From Amoebophrya sp. A120 (taxonomy: Eukaryota > Protista > Dinoflagellata): a stretch of 64,000 nt of DNA. Shown here in pieces: positions 48,753-61,772 of this stretch. The DNA is taken from positions 1,509,216 to 1,573,215 of the forward strand of contig CAJINV010000011.1 of assembly GCA_905178155.1 (NCBI GenBank), read 5' to 3'. The position numbers were made by a program, and so were the translations under genes. The notes beneath the pieces were generated by a model that ran no database searches, had not been told where the DNA came from, and saw only the letters and a program-made list of their open reading frames with translations. How positions within the stretch are numbered: position 1 is the first letter of the stretch; every line of letters starts with the position of its first letter.

Positions 48753-49797
48753 CACTGACAAGATGGATTTGTTGATTGGCTGCACTTCTTCTTCAACACA
48801 AAGCTGAACAGGACAAGCCGAAGGGGGCGTTGTTCTCCGCTCTCACTGCCGGGTCTGTTCTTTCTCGCGACATGATGGCAAGAATCGCAAAAAGTGCTAG
48901 AAGTGCACAACTTCAGGCTTTCGTTTATTTTTGAAGCACAGGAATCAGAATCTCCACAATGTTCGCCAACGTTTGTTCTTCTTTTTTCCAAGTGCAGCAT
49001 GCGGCCGCTCGATGTGGATGATCCAGCTCAGGACGTGATCAAGTATTGCGAGTTACAGGTCGTCTCCATGGACGACCGCGTCAGAAGGATCTATCGTTTG
49101 CTAGGAAAAAACGAAGCGTTTGAAGCGATAATGTGCCCCCGATGCCGAGTCTTCACCTCGATTGCGTCATTGTAAGGAATTTCAGTTCGTTTTCCACAGA
49201 TAAGTAACTTACGACGTCGAAGACGACCACGAGGCTGAACTCTGATTCTTGCATTGAACTTGAAGATCATTCCATTGGGAAATAAACACCAACTTCCAGC
49301 AGGACTAGATTTTTACTAAAGCTTTTCAATAAGCCTAACGGTATCTGTCTAAAGATTTACCGACCTTCAACCTTTGAGCGCGGACCTTCCTTGCCGACAC
49401 ATGGGTGGTACACTGTGTAAATTCTATAGTGCAGTGCCAGTACCGAAGATTGAATCTCAGTTGTGAATTTTTTCTACACGAGGACGTCGGAACCACGCGA
49501 AGTGGTCCTTGTTTGTTTTCTATCTCGTTTATTTTCATTCGTACTATTCGTTTCCTTCCGCACCGAACCAAAAGCTGAAGCTCTGCCTATGTCAGTTGTT
49601 CAAGGAAGTAGAATCCAGAAGCACATCACGTCCTCTCGGGAGGACCGTGCGAGAACCGTGCACCACTTTTTTTGAAACGCGGCCCCGCCCCTTCTTTGTT
49701 GATAAGTCAATCGAACACGAATTGTTCGGTAAAAAAAGTCTAGTTACAAGACGAGCCCCTTACTTCGCCGCCCAAGCCGCGGAATAAAACGAAAAGC

Positions 49798-52700
49798 ATG
49801 TTACCTTTAGCAGCAGCACTGGCAGTTTTTTCCGCAACTTGTCCAATCTCCTCCATGGCCGCCGATTTGGGCAAAGCTAATAAAGCTGGCGGCGCAACTT
49901 CTGCGGAGAAAAACATTCCGACTCTCGGTGGTACTACAGGAGCTGCTGCTCCGGTCGCGTTTTACCATGACCCGGAGTTGTCCAGCACATCGGGCGCCGG
50001 TGGCGGGAGCAGTACTACTACAACGTCGGGTCATCAAGTAGATTCATCGGTCTCCACGCCCTACACACCTTCTCTCGAAGCTGCGCGGTTTGCAGCGGCG
50101 TTTACAACGCCTGGAAGTGGGCAGGGATCAAACCAGCAACATCTTCACCACACGATGTTCCACTCCGGTGGTTCTTCCTCCGCCTCCTCTTCGAGCAAGG
50201 ATTTACCGCAACGCATTCTCCCTCCGCAAGACGCCACCAGCCAAGGTTTTTACCAGGGTGCCATGGATGCCGCTTTGGCCGGTCACCCGGTGATCAAACC
50301 CCAGTCGTTTTCCTTTGTGGAGCACATGATGCGGACCGGGGGGTTCTTCAACAGCCACATTCCGCAGTCTAGTACCCAGATGACCATCAACATTCAGGTG
50401 CATTTGGACGAGTTACCCGACCGGGACCAGCTGAAGGAATTACTACGGGAACAGTGGGTGAAAAAGCACGCGCGGGTTCGCAGCGTAGCGCATCCGCAAA
50501 CAGGCGTATTCACTATGCTTCCGGAGTTCGAACCCGAGGGGGCGGTCTTGGATTGGGACTACCACTTGAAGGGCCCGATTCATTTGGACCAGAACGAGAA
50601 TGAAGAGGAGAACATGACCGTGACGGATTTTGTCTCTCTGTTGTATCAAGGACGATACGACAAAACGGGAAAAACGCGGGTGCGAGGAGGTCTGAAGATG
50701 AAAAACAACATCTTTCGCGATCCACGCGGCAACGCCGCGAGGAAGGACAGCGGTTTGTCTTTTTCCGATTTAGCGTCCCAAAACGCGGAGCTGGACCCGT
50801 GGCAGCCGTTGTGGCAGGTGTGGATGTTGCGGGGGAAGCCGGGGGCGGCGTTTTCGGCTAGGATTGACTTGCTCGAGCCGAAGTACAAGCGTGTGAACAT
50901 TTTGATCTTTCGCGTGCACCACGCTTTGGCCGACGGACTGCGGATCGCGCTTGCGGGGTCGAGCGGATTCGTGACCCAGCCGGACGGCAGCCCCGCGGAT
51001 TTCGGGAAATTTATCGAGGAACAGAAGCAGAAATTTCTAGCGAAAATGGCCGGGAAAAAAGTTGATAATGATCCGGAAACAACAAGACCTGAAGTGAGCT
51101 CATCTTCGTGTTCCGCAGGCGGTCCTGAAGGCCACCGTGCCAGAAACAAGACCTGCTCCATGAGCAGCTTCAAGCTCCTGAACGCTTTGACGATGGATCT
51201 GCGCAAACTGCCCGGCCGCCTCCTCAACTTCGCTGGCAGTCTCGGCGCGCTCGCCCAGCACATGTTTTTCCTGCCGAAGCAAACCTTGACCACCTTCTCC
51301 GGTAGAAAAACCAGCACTGACCACATGTGCGAGGGTTTGACGAAACGAAAGTTTCTGTACTTTCCGACGTTAGATTTGGACATCGTGAAACTCGTGAAGA
51401 ACATTCTTTCCCGTCCGGAAGACCCGGCGAGGGTGTACTGGGAGCCGGAACAGGAGGACTTGATCGGTAATGGAAGCCGACATTCCACTGCGAAGACGTC
51501 TAATAAAGGGGCCGCAAAAGCTGGCTTGCGGCTGCGGCGACCGCTGTCGCCGAGGCAGCTAGCGGAACTGGAGATGAACAGGACGAGTGGGGGGCGACAG
51601 GGAACAAGTGGCGCTGCTGGTTCTAGTCCTGCTACTGGCAGTGGCAACACGAACACAATCGCTCCTGGGGAAGCAACACCCGCCGCTTCTCCCCAGCACA
51701 ACGCGGGACAAGGAGCTTCTGGTGCACGACCCTCGAACCTGCAGTCCAGGACAACCGGCCTCCCCCGCATGGTTTCGAGAACGGTCCGCGCGCTGTCCCG
51801 GAGCCCGGAGTTTCTAAAACGCTTTTTTGGAAATTTGTTGCGGAAAACGTACAACAAAATCGCCGCGGCCCGGAAGGCGCCGAACGTGATCTCTGTGAAT
51901 GACGTTTTGCAGAGCTGCCTGTACGGTGCGATCGCGCGCTACATGCTAGAAACCCGGCAGGACCCGGCGGTCGGGGGGAATGGGGAGGACGACGGAACCG
52001 GAAGCGGGGATGACGGTAGTGGCAGTGACTGGACCATGAGCAGTGGTGAAAATCAAAAAAAATTGGTGTTGCAGCGCATGAAAGAGCAAGCCGCGGGAGT
52101 GAAGAAGCCAGTGAACAATGATGACCAAGAGGATCACTTCACAGTGTCGCCTTCCGCGCTCCTGCTCCCCTCCTCTTCGTCGTCTTCCACCGATAAGAAT
52201 GTGGTCGTCGGCGGAGCTGCAACTGCTGCCCTTCCAAACATCAAACCGGGAAAAACCAGCTTTGTCCAGAAGTGCCTCGCCCGGCTGAAATCCTGCGCAG
52301 TTAGTCGGAAAAAGACCGTAAAACTGCACTCCGCCACCTTCATGGGGTTTCCGGACATGAGTACTTCTGTGCCGAAAGGGCAGGGAGAGTCAACATCTTC
52401 CTATCATAATGTGCAAGAAAAGGTGTCGGCGCCGTAGTACTGACTTCTCTCGCACTTATGCATGACACGTTGCACGACCAGTTTTGGAGTTGAAAAAATT
52501 TGTAATGCAGCTATTTATACTAAAAAAAAAAACTAAGACCGGCTACAACGACACTGTTCCTTTTGCAATGCATACTTCCCAATCCGTGTCTTCCTTCGTG
52601 GACAAGGAGAACAAAAAGCAGAACCAGCTCTACAACGACTGGGTGACCTGTCTCGGCGCGTCGATTCCGGTGTGGAACACGAAGCAGCACCGGCTCTACA

Positions 52701-53452
52701 CCCCGCTCGAGCGGTTAACTCTGACTAAACAGTCCGGGGACTGGTACAAGTCCCACGCGTACCCCTTCGTGCTCCGGTGGCTGTTGCGCAACGCGCTGTG
52801 GTATCGACAGTAAATGATTTCCCGTACTACACGTACAAATGCGGTCTTCGCATGACAAAACTTGGCTTCGATCCTAGTTTAGCATGACAAGTTTTTCGCT
52901 CCAAATTCGTGAAATTTGTGATGCATCTTGTACACGTACGGAAAATTTGTACTGCATATGTGGATGCTGGGCCCGTTTGCCAACCGGCAGGTTTTGTCGC
53001 ACTGCTTCTCGCGGCACAGCCTGCTCTTGTCCAACGTGCCGGGGTACAACGACGGCCCGATCAATTTGCTGGGCAAGCGCGTGCAGGCGATTTACGTGCC
53101 GATGCCCCAGATTCTGAACTACGCCATGATCTTGACCTACAACCAAAAAGTTTTCGTCACCATGGCCGTGAACGAGATCACGGTGACGAAATCGGACACG
53201 ATCCTGAAGCATTTCCGGGCGGAATTCACGGAATTGGTGCACGCGGCGTGGGAGAAAACGGAGGACGAAGCGGAGCGGGAGAAGCTAGCTGCGTTTTTGC
53301 TCGCGGAGGAGAGTTCGACTTTTGCGGCGGAGGGAGAAGATCTTCATGAAGGGGGTGAAAGCTGTGAAGATGAGCGGGACACTTTCTCTGCGGCGGGATT
53401 AGCGTCGCAAATGATGGGAAGAGGAGTCAGTGAAGATTACGAGAAGTTGTAG
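49798..53452 (+). CDS. Wax ester synthase/diacylglycerol acyltransferase (WS/DGAT) family
   Basis: QPLWQVW..FRVHHALADG (HHxxxDG active site), SVNDVLQSCLYGAIARY, C-terminal LSNVPG; hydrophobic N-terminus; two introners removed in frame. Confidence 0.85.
52402..52574. mobile_element. TIR introner (family H), TSD CTTCC
   Basis: tatcataatgtgcaagaaaaggtgtcg / cgacactgttccttttgcaatgcata; 178-nt removal restores frame. Confidence 0.88.
52802..52958. mobile_element. TIR introner, TSD TGTGG
   Basis: tatcgacagtaaatgatttcccgtac / gtacggaaaatttgtactgcata; 162-nt removal gives NALW-MLGP. Confidence 0.88.
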
Positions 53453-53809
53453 AAGAGGCGGGCGAAGATGAGGATGAGGAAGCGAATAGGAGATTCTTTG
53501 ATGATAACTCCAGGAGCGAGTAGACTTGGAGTTGGACGACTTAGAGGCGGTGGAAGTGTCGACGAACAAAAATGGAGAAGGATGAAGAAATATATAAATC
53601 TGAAGATTGAGGTTCTTGATCCTGTCTTCACCTTCCGCCTCAACGTTCTTTTTTGACTTTTTACCAAACAAAACTGAAACTTGATACACCAGAGAATAGA
53701 GAAATTTCGGGTCTTTGAAACTACAGAACACAATTGGCATCGTTGCAGTGAGGAACAGGAACTACAAATGATCCTTATTTTACTTGTAACGCGGAACCGG
53801 AAGTAGCAC

Positions 53810-55720
53810 CTACGCCTACCCGCCTAAGAAAAGTACATAATGCGGGGGAGTTTTTGGTAGCGGGCTTCGAGTCGCTGCCCATGCAGCGGCTGCGGAATGT
53901 CAATAGTTATAGTGTTCGACTACCACGAGGAAGACGGCCGGCGCACGTGCCTGAGGACAGAAAGCAAGCGCGCAAATTCTTATAGGGCTACGTCGATGAC
54001 AGGGGCGCGATTCAGCGGGGGCATATTTGTTCCGCAGCCGCTTCCCAGTGCGGGGGGCCGCGCTGTTATGGGTGTGGTTCCGATAGCGAAGCTGCTCGGG
54101 GGCCTTCCCCCGGATCGCAAAAAGGCTCCAGGCAAATCATGGCGCGCGTGGCGACGCTGACAGCGGCCCGCCCCGCGCGAAGCTGCGGAGCAGGAACAAG
54201 CGGCGGCGGCTTCGTTGCTGCGCAGCCCTCTCGTGCACCTCTTGCAGGGGCTTCCGGGGTTCCGGCGCATGTATCAGATAACTGAGGACCGAGCTGGCCC
54301 GCATGGTGGGGCACGCGTCGCGGTGATTGAAGGGCCCCGGGCTGCCCCTTTGTGTTTGTCGCGTCTTTCTTGGAGCTGGGCCACGAGCCGCGGTCTCGGC
54401 GTGATGTGAGATTGTTGCTGCGGGTTGTGGCAATCAATGGAATTGTAGCGAACTCGTCGCCGAAGGGGAAGCCGGCCGGCGCGCCCCGGGGGGGCGGTGA
54501 ATCGGCCGCGAGCGGGGTCGCGATTGCAGCAGGGCGTCCCCGAGCATGGTTGTCGCGCAGGCGCCCCGCGTGCCATGTGTTTGGCTTGGAGGCGTTTTAT
54601 GTTTGGGCGGGCGGTTTTGGGGGCGCACGCCCGCCGCTGCCGGGGCGGCCCCCCCTTCCTTCGGCAAGGGCACCGCCCCCATTTGCGCCAAGCATCATGA
54701 AGGCCCCTATCTGCTTCCAGAATTGTGGAGCCGATGCCCGGGCGAGTGTCTAACCTGTGAAAGCCTTGCGCCCTGGCTTTCCGGCGGGCCGGCGGCGGCG
54801 TTGTGCGTCGGGTTTGCCGGTTTGCCAGGGCTGCCGCGCGTCCCTCCTTCCGGGCGGCAAGGATGCCCTGGCCCTTGTGGTCGGCGGACGGGCGGCGCGT
54901 GTGAGAGACCGACGGGTGCCTGAGCGTCGCCGTCGAGTCCTTTAGGGGTTAGGCGCGTGCGGGAGTTTTGCAGGGGTCAGGCGTGTCGCCGCCTTTCTTG
55001 GTGGGCTCTGGGGCCTGCCATCTTGGGCCCCCCCCTACTTGTCGGCGCGCCGCCGCTACGCAGCGCCCGCCGCGCCGCCACGCCGGTCCGTCGGGCCAGC
55101 GTGTGGGCCGGCCGGCCGCTCGGTCGGTTGCTTCTGTCTCGCGGCCCCCGCCGTGCTCGGTGGGCGACTGTGTTGCCGGCCTTTCCTTTCGTTCATTCTT
55201 GCGCCGTGGAAATCCCGTTAAAGCAATACGTGGGGCCCGTGGCCAAGCAACGCCTTCGGCTTCGTACGCCCGGGGCGGCAAGCTTGGTTGGGGCGGCGCC
55301 CGCTGTCAGCCCCGTCTGCCGGCGGGCGTCTACCTCGGCTCTTTCGCGCGGGCGTGCCGGCCGTCGCTTCGCCGCGCAGGCAGGCGCCCGCGGCTTTTGA
55401 ACGGTGGGCGCCGCGCGACCGCTGGGGCCCGGCGGGCCGGCCCTTGCCGCGAAGCGCAAGCAGTGAGTCAATCTGTTGAAGTCTGTGATGATCTCGATTG
55501 TGTCGCGAAGTAATATTTTGCTTGTCTTGTGTAGCGGCCGGCCCCGGCCCGTGTGTCCTTGCGTTGGTGCTCTCATCAGAGATTTGTCTATCTGGCAGAA
55601 GAGGCGATAGAAGTGGGGCGCGTCCCGTATTTTTCCAATTGCGGGCCGTGTGTCTTCAGATGGTAGCTCCATTCCCGACAGTGACTTATTCTTGTAGCAG
55701 TAGGTCTAGGTGGTCGTAGG
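53810..55720. mobile_element. GC-rich degenerate intergenic segment, probable transposon relic
   Basis: Same extreme GC texture as 44100-45700; weak inverted ends cctacgcctacc / ggtggtcgtagg; no recognisable protein. Confidence 0.35.
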
Positions 55721-56034
55721 CATGGGATTGCTTGGTGCATGACATAGCTATCAAATTTTCATTTTACTTGCACGGCTCCGGATGATGAGACGCAGTTTCG
55801 TGATTGCATTGGTATTCCTGGTTGGACGAGTGGGAGCGTCTTGAGCGCTTTTTGTGGTGTCATTGGTACTACGTCATTATTCCGACGGCGACTTGCTTCT
55901 ACTAAGTGCGAGGCTCTTTTGTCCACCGCCCGTCTAACATTCTTGCTACGACATACCTGACGCTGTCAATTTTTTTCTCAGTATTTCTATTTCCCTTTGG
56001 CTCCGTGCCCGCGGCCCCAGCCCCATCGTTCAGG

Positions 56035-58903
56035 ATGCGCAAGGTCGCACAGAGATGCTGGACCCGAGGACAACGGGGCTCGACGTCATCTCTTCGCTTT
56101 CCTATCCCGCCCCAAGTTCATCTCGCCTGCCGCACACGGGGCCCCTTACTTACTCCGGGAGCTGCGCGACCTTTCTCAACGGCATCTTCGCGGCCGGCGT
56201 TCTCACCAGAGCATTCCTCTGCGCCTCAACCGAGAAAAACATCAGCTTCCAAGTTTTCCGGCCGATCCGACATTCTCGTTGAGCCAACCGACACTCCGCA
56301 CACACTTTACCAGAAGCTCGTCGACCGCGGGGAGCTCAAGACGGATGCGGAACAGGAAAAAACCGTGGAAATGCTTACAGCTATCTTCCACTCCGTTCTG
56401 GGCAGCAAGAAAGAATCTACTCCTGCTACTCCCCCTCGCGGCCTGTACATCTACGGTCCGGCTGGTTCCGGGAAGTCTCTCTGCATGGACCTGTTTCACC
56501 TTTGCATCTCGCAGCAGAGACCGAATACCGAACGAACCCACTTTCACGAGTTCGTGTACCGGCTGCACCGCAGGTTGAACGAATTGTCCAAGGGCGAAAA
56601 TATTAGCAACAGCTCATCAACAAGCACTTTCGCCGGCATCCCGAAACAAACTGACACTACGAGGCAGAGGATCGAGAGAGTCGCAAAGGAAGTCGCGGAG
56701 CACAGTGAGGGGTTGCTGTGTTTTGACGAGTTTGCGATTACCACGATCCAGGATTGTACGATGCTGTGTGTGTTGTTTCAGGAACTGTTCCGACAGAACG
56801 TGGTGTTCATCACGACGTCCAATCGGGCACCGCAAGATTTGTACGAGGACGGTTTGAACCGGCATTTGTACTTACCGGATTTCTTAAATTTATTGCACAC
56901 CAACTGCGACATCCGGTCAGTGGGGTTTGAAACCGGGATCGACTACCGACAGGCGGGTTATAATTCGTTAGGGCAAGAATTAGGCAGGCTGGTGGACGAG
57001 GAGGGGACAGGCGAGGGCGGTGATTCAGGCGCTTACGTGGTCCACGAGTTGTATTTTCCCGACCCGGAGGTTGCGGATGCAGGAGCAGGTGAAGGTGTGA
57101 ATATTAAACTACCAAACCGCGAGCAGGCTTTCGCCTGGGCCAGTTCAACATCTTCACTCGAGCCGATAGCGGACTTCGATTTATCATCTGCAGCAGCTTC
57201 CACGTCCTCGACGGTGACAGGAAGTTCCACCCCGATCCAGATCCCCATCAGTTATGGGCGAACCTTGGAGTGCAAAACCTCCGGTCCCGGCTGGGTCTTG
57301 TTCGATTTCCGCGAGCTTTTCGGCGGAACCGGTGGCGACACGGAGCGGAAGCTGAGTCCGCGTGACAGCAAAGAACGACCCCGACATTCCTCCACTGCCT
57401 ACGGGCACTACAGTGCGGACGATTTCAACGCGATCTGCCGCCAGTTCCACACGGTTTTGCTCGAAAATATTCCGAAATTAACCACGGAAGAACACAACGA
57501 GGCGAAGCGGTTCACGAATTTTCTCGACTGCGCGTACGAAAACCACTGTCGGTTGGTGTTGCTGAACATGCTATGCACTGCAAATATGTCTGGGTCTGGA
57601 AGATTGCAACTCGTCATGCTGTTTCTGGACCCCAAATAAAATTTGTATTGCGTGACCAGCAAGAGGGGTACAGTTTTTGGTACACGGACACGGCATTTCT
57701 CATGCGGAAGGTGCATCAGGAAGCCCTCTAAAAGTCTGCGATGCTAGTTCATGCATTACAGGCATCATGGGTCATGAGAAATATGCACGACAAATCTTGC
57801 ATTCTTCGTCTTCCAGACCCAGACACTTTTGCATTTGATACATGCACTGCGCAAAGGTTGCTGACGTTTTTCAGGAGCTGCGGTCCTTAGAGTCCTTGCG
57901 GATGGCGGACTTTGGACAGCACGAGATTCCGGCCGGCGCGGCAGATCAGGACACGACGAAAGACGCATCCGCGATTGTGCAGGCGATAAAAAAGCTGAAG
58001 GAGCGGAATGTCGGGCTCGAGCAACTCGAAAAGGATAAGGGGGAGACGGAGCCGCACGTTGAAAAATCGTCGGAGGATCAGCAGGTCACCAGTGGCGCTG
58101 GGTCAAGCACAGGTTTGTAGTTGATGGAGTACCTGCTTGATTTGAGAACGCGTAAAGGTCTTGCATTGACTTTGTTCTTTCTGCTTTTGGAGCATCTTGG
58201 AGGATGCGATAGTAGATACTGGTACTGCAGAGCCAGAACATAAAAAAGTTTCGCCACAAAAAAAACATTCAGGCTCACCACCTTCCCAACGAGGACCTTC
58301 GTCTCTGAAGAGCGACATGAAACACCCGATGAGCCTTTCAGATTTCGACCCCGAAAAGGATATGCAAATCTGGAAGCAGGACGCGCAGGGCATGCCGCAA
58401 GTCACCAAATCCTGGGATGAGCGACGCCGAGCGAGTCAGTTTCTCTGGGAAGCAGCGGATCCCACCGCGGAACAGCAGACTTTCAAAGGCGTGTTCGCCG
58501 CGGCAATTGCGTCGTTGCACGAGATAAGCGTTGCAAATATGTCTGGGTCTGGAACATGCCAACTTGCGATGCTGCATTTGCATTCCAAAAAAATCTGTAT
58601 TGCATGAGCAGCAAAAGGAGTCCGACTTTTGTTACGCGGAGAGGGCATTTGTCATGCGGGATAGGCATCAAGAAGCTGTCCTAACAAATCTGTGATGCTA
58701 GGGCATGCATCGCAGACAACATGGCTCATGCAAAACGTGCATGACAAGTGTTGCAACCTCCCAGACCCAGACCCAGACATATTTACGTTTTATACGAGAC
58801 GGGGTTTGCAGTGAAACGCGCGGTCTCCAGGTTGCACGAGATGCAGAGTCGGAGATACTTGGAGGTGTGGCAGGACAAGCGCGGGGGCGAGACGAAGAAG
58901 TAG
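56035..58903 (+). CDS. AFG1: AFG1/LACE1/ZapE-family ATPase, probably mitochondrial
   Basis: GLYIYGPAGSGKSLCMDLF (Walker A), HFHEF, LCFDEF (Walker B), TSNRAPQDLY, NEAKRFTNFLDCAYE; last exon after intron removal ETGFAVKRAVSRLHEMQS; Arg/Ser-rich leader. Confidence 0.92.
57572..57840. mobile_element. TIR introner (family A), TSD CATGC
   Basis: tatgcactgcaaatatgtctgggtctggaaga / tcttccagacccagacacttttgcatttgata; 274-nt removal restores frame. Confidence 0.93.
58525..58794. mobile_element. TIR introner (family A), TSD CGAGA
   Basis: taagcgttgcaaatatgtctgggtctgg / ccagacccagacatatttacgttttata; 275-nt removal restores the conserved AFG1 C-terminal motif. Confidence 0.93.
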
Positions 58904-59489
58904 GAGTTTTTATTAGTACCTAACAAGAAGAACATACACCTCAACGCAATCGCAATGTAGTATGTAGCAGCTCGAGCTCCTTGTTTCGTGTGCAGATAGT
59001 ACAGCTGTTGTATGATCGAAATTTTGCTGGCTCATTCTCATATTTGCCAGCGGGGGTTTCTTCATAGAGTATTTTGGAAAAAAATGCACGCACAAGGTTT
59101 TATGTGACCAGAATCCAAGTCGAGTTTCATGATTGTGCCGCGACTTGCGCATAGGGTTGCAGTTGCACCAACCACACCGAGCCAGACTTCCTTCATTGTC
59201 TTGTTCGTTTCTCGTTTTCATCGATTCTCGTTTTGAGAAATATCTTCGTGTTTTGCCACAGAAATAGATGTCCGCTGATCACTCTGTAGCCAGAGCGAGT
59301 AGCGTTTGAGAGCGTGAGAGCCGCATCGTGTTTGTGTCTGGACGTCGATTTCATCCTGTTTGATAGTTGGTTCTGTGGCAATTACTTAGCAGACATAAGA
59401 AGAAATAGAAAAAAATCTGTACCAAATGTAAACCCTCCGTGAATAAATTATAAACAGAAAATCCTCTCGGTCTCGAAAACAACCTCAAA

Positions 59490-61772
59490 ATGCCAGTGAC
59501 TTCTCCGAAGCACCAGGACAATGCGCGGTTCTATTCCGTGGAGCGCCGGATGGGCCGCATGTCCGACGACCGCGGATACGACAGGCAGCGGTTTGAAAAC
59601 TATTCCGCCTGGATCGACAACCAGACCAGGGCCATGCAAAAGTCCGAGGCGTTTTTTTTCGGGAGGCAGTCGAGTAAACCGCTGTACGGGTTCGAGGCGA
59701 AAAGACCGGTGATAGACAAACCAAGAGACGTCAAGACGTTTTACGTTCAGGTAAAGAATTAGTGTGTGAGATTACTATTTTCACTTGTTCATTTGTCACG
59801 AAGAAAATGAAAATCTATCACCGCCACCATGACCTGGAGCTGCAACTGCATCATTCGTAGACGTAAGTGGACCTAGTTCTCAAGTCTGAGCCAAACCATC
59901 TTCAACAACGTGTGGACAACTGTTGCGCATTCTATTCTACACCATTCTCAGGAACCAACCTTCACGTCGCAAACGGTGTGCGCGAGAAAATACGACCAGA
60001 ATTACAAGGTCGTGGAAGATCCGTTAGAAGACCTCCGTGCCGATCCCTACCACGAGCCGAACTTTCTTGCGGTTGGAGAAAAAGATCACTATGGAGATCA
60101 AAGGTACAGGGTGCTGCTTGAATTTGATTTGCCAGCGCATTTTTGTTTATCACACGTCTACGTGGCAGCTATCTCGCATGACGGAGTGTTGTCGTTGTGC
60201 TTTTCGTGCTGCAACGATCATCGCCGTATTCTATTCATCAATCAATGAAATTGATCGGAAACCACCACCACCAGGTCTGGTTCCCAACACCCAGAAAAGA
60301 ACCGACTACCCAAACTCTGGCGGCCAATGGACAAAGAGTTACGGAAAGCAGTGCCACAGGAGCTCGTCGATAGCTGGATGCGATCCATGGGTGGGGACAG
60401 CAGGAGAGTAGACCCGAAGGTATATTAGTAGAGATTGATGAGCTGCGTGCATCTTTTTGTAGACAATTTTATTTTGTCAGGAGAGACAACAGAGGCATGA
60501 CAAATGTGCTATTTCATCTTTTACTTTTTGCACGACCCGCATCACAAAAAAATCTCTTCCTTTCAGGATCCGACCTTCCAAGTGCTTTTCAAAAACGACA
60601 TTGACGTGGTAAAAAACTCTTCCGCGAAGGGAATCAAGGAACTGAACCTCGACTCCTCGGTCTTCCACCTACCCCACTACCTGGAAGAAGAGAAGAAGGA
60701 CCTCCCACCCCCGCCAGAACCCCCAGTAATCGGGGAGGACAGTCTGCTCCCGATCGAAAAAACGGGAAGAGTGTTCAAGAACCGGGAGGAAGCGCGGGTG
60801 TTAGTCAGACCGGATACGAGGTTTGAAGGGGAACTAGACCAGCTGGAACAACCGCCACTACCGGAAAGTCCGAAATCCCAGATGTCACCCCGCAACATCG
60901 GCCGGAAATTCGGCGACTCGCCCGTGCCGTCCGCCGCGACTGGTGCTGCGGCGGCCATGATGGACGAATTGCTGGGGAGGTCACCGGATGGAATAGCAAA
61001 GCCGTACACGCGGCCGGTGCAGGGCATTGTGCAGCCGGACAAGAGTCTGATGAACTTGTCCATGGAGGAGAGATTAGGGGAGTGGAAGGCGCTGAAGAAA
61101 CAGGACGCGCGGGGGAAAATATGACAGTGCACAACTCCCCCACCTTCCCCTCATTTGTTATGCAAAATCCCAAATCCAGTCGGTGCCTTGTGGCACTGCG
61201 TGCATGACAAATTCTGGAAGCCCAAACAGTACAACTAGATTAGGTGCGTAAATTATTTGTCATGCATGGGCTCCACGCGTGCGGGTGCTTGTATTGCTGT
61301 TCATGCCACACAAATGAGGGGGAGGGGGAGTTGTGCACTCTCATAGAAAATCCGGGGAGACGTGAAGGAGATTTTGAAGCAGTCGAGCATCCTGTTAAAA
61401 GTCCAGCAGCACCCGCCAGTGGTACCGAGAAAGATCTTCGTGTCCGCAGAAGACAGATACAACAATAACTGGGATCGGGACATGCACAGGGTCAGGATGC
61501 GTTATCCGGGAGGTACAATACTGTTCAGTGGATGTTAATTTTGGTTTTTTGTCTTTGTTTCGTCATGCGTGCGGAAGATCAATACGGATTGTCATTGTCA
61601 TTGTCCCGTATTACGCGTGTTTTCGTTGTGCATGAGCAATGTCAGGTTCCAGAATTATGATGAAATAGAAATCTTGCGTCGAAAACAACTACAGGCACGC
61701 GCGCCACCGAGGGCATGGCAGGGACTTGGGCCCCGGAAGGCGGGGGTATCGCTGCGTTGGCGCCGCCCGTGA
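59490..61772 (+). CDS. Unknown protein, ~6 exons
   Basis: Phase-consistent GT-AG introns 59751-59951, 60104-60274, 60420-60566, introner 61120, and a probable last intron 61491-61652 (3' end tentative). Confidence 0.6.
61120..61345. mobile_element. TIR introner (family G), TSD GAAAA
   Basis: tatgacagtgcacaactccccc / gggggagttgtgcactctcata; 231-nt removal keeps frame and removes the TGA at 61122-61124. Confidence 0.93.

Noticed and set aside
50646-51857. 403-aa minus-strand ORF and similar antisense ORFs
   Set aside because: Shadows of well-supported + strand genes.
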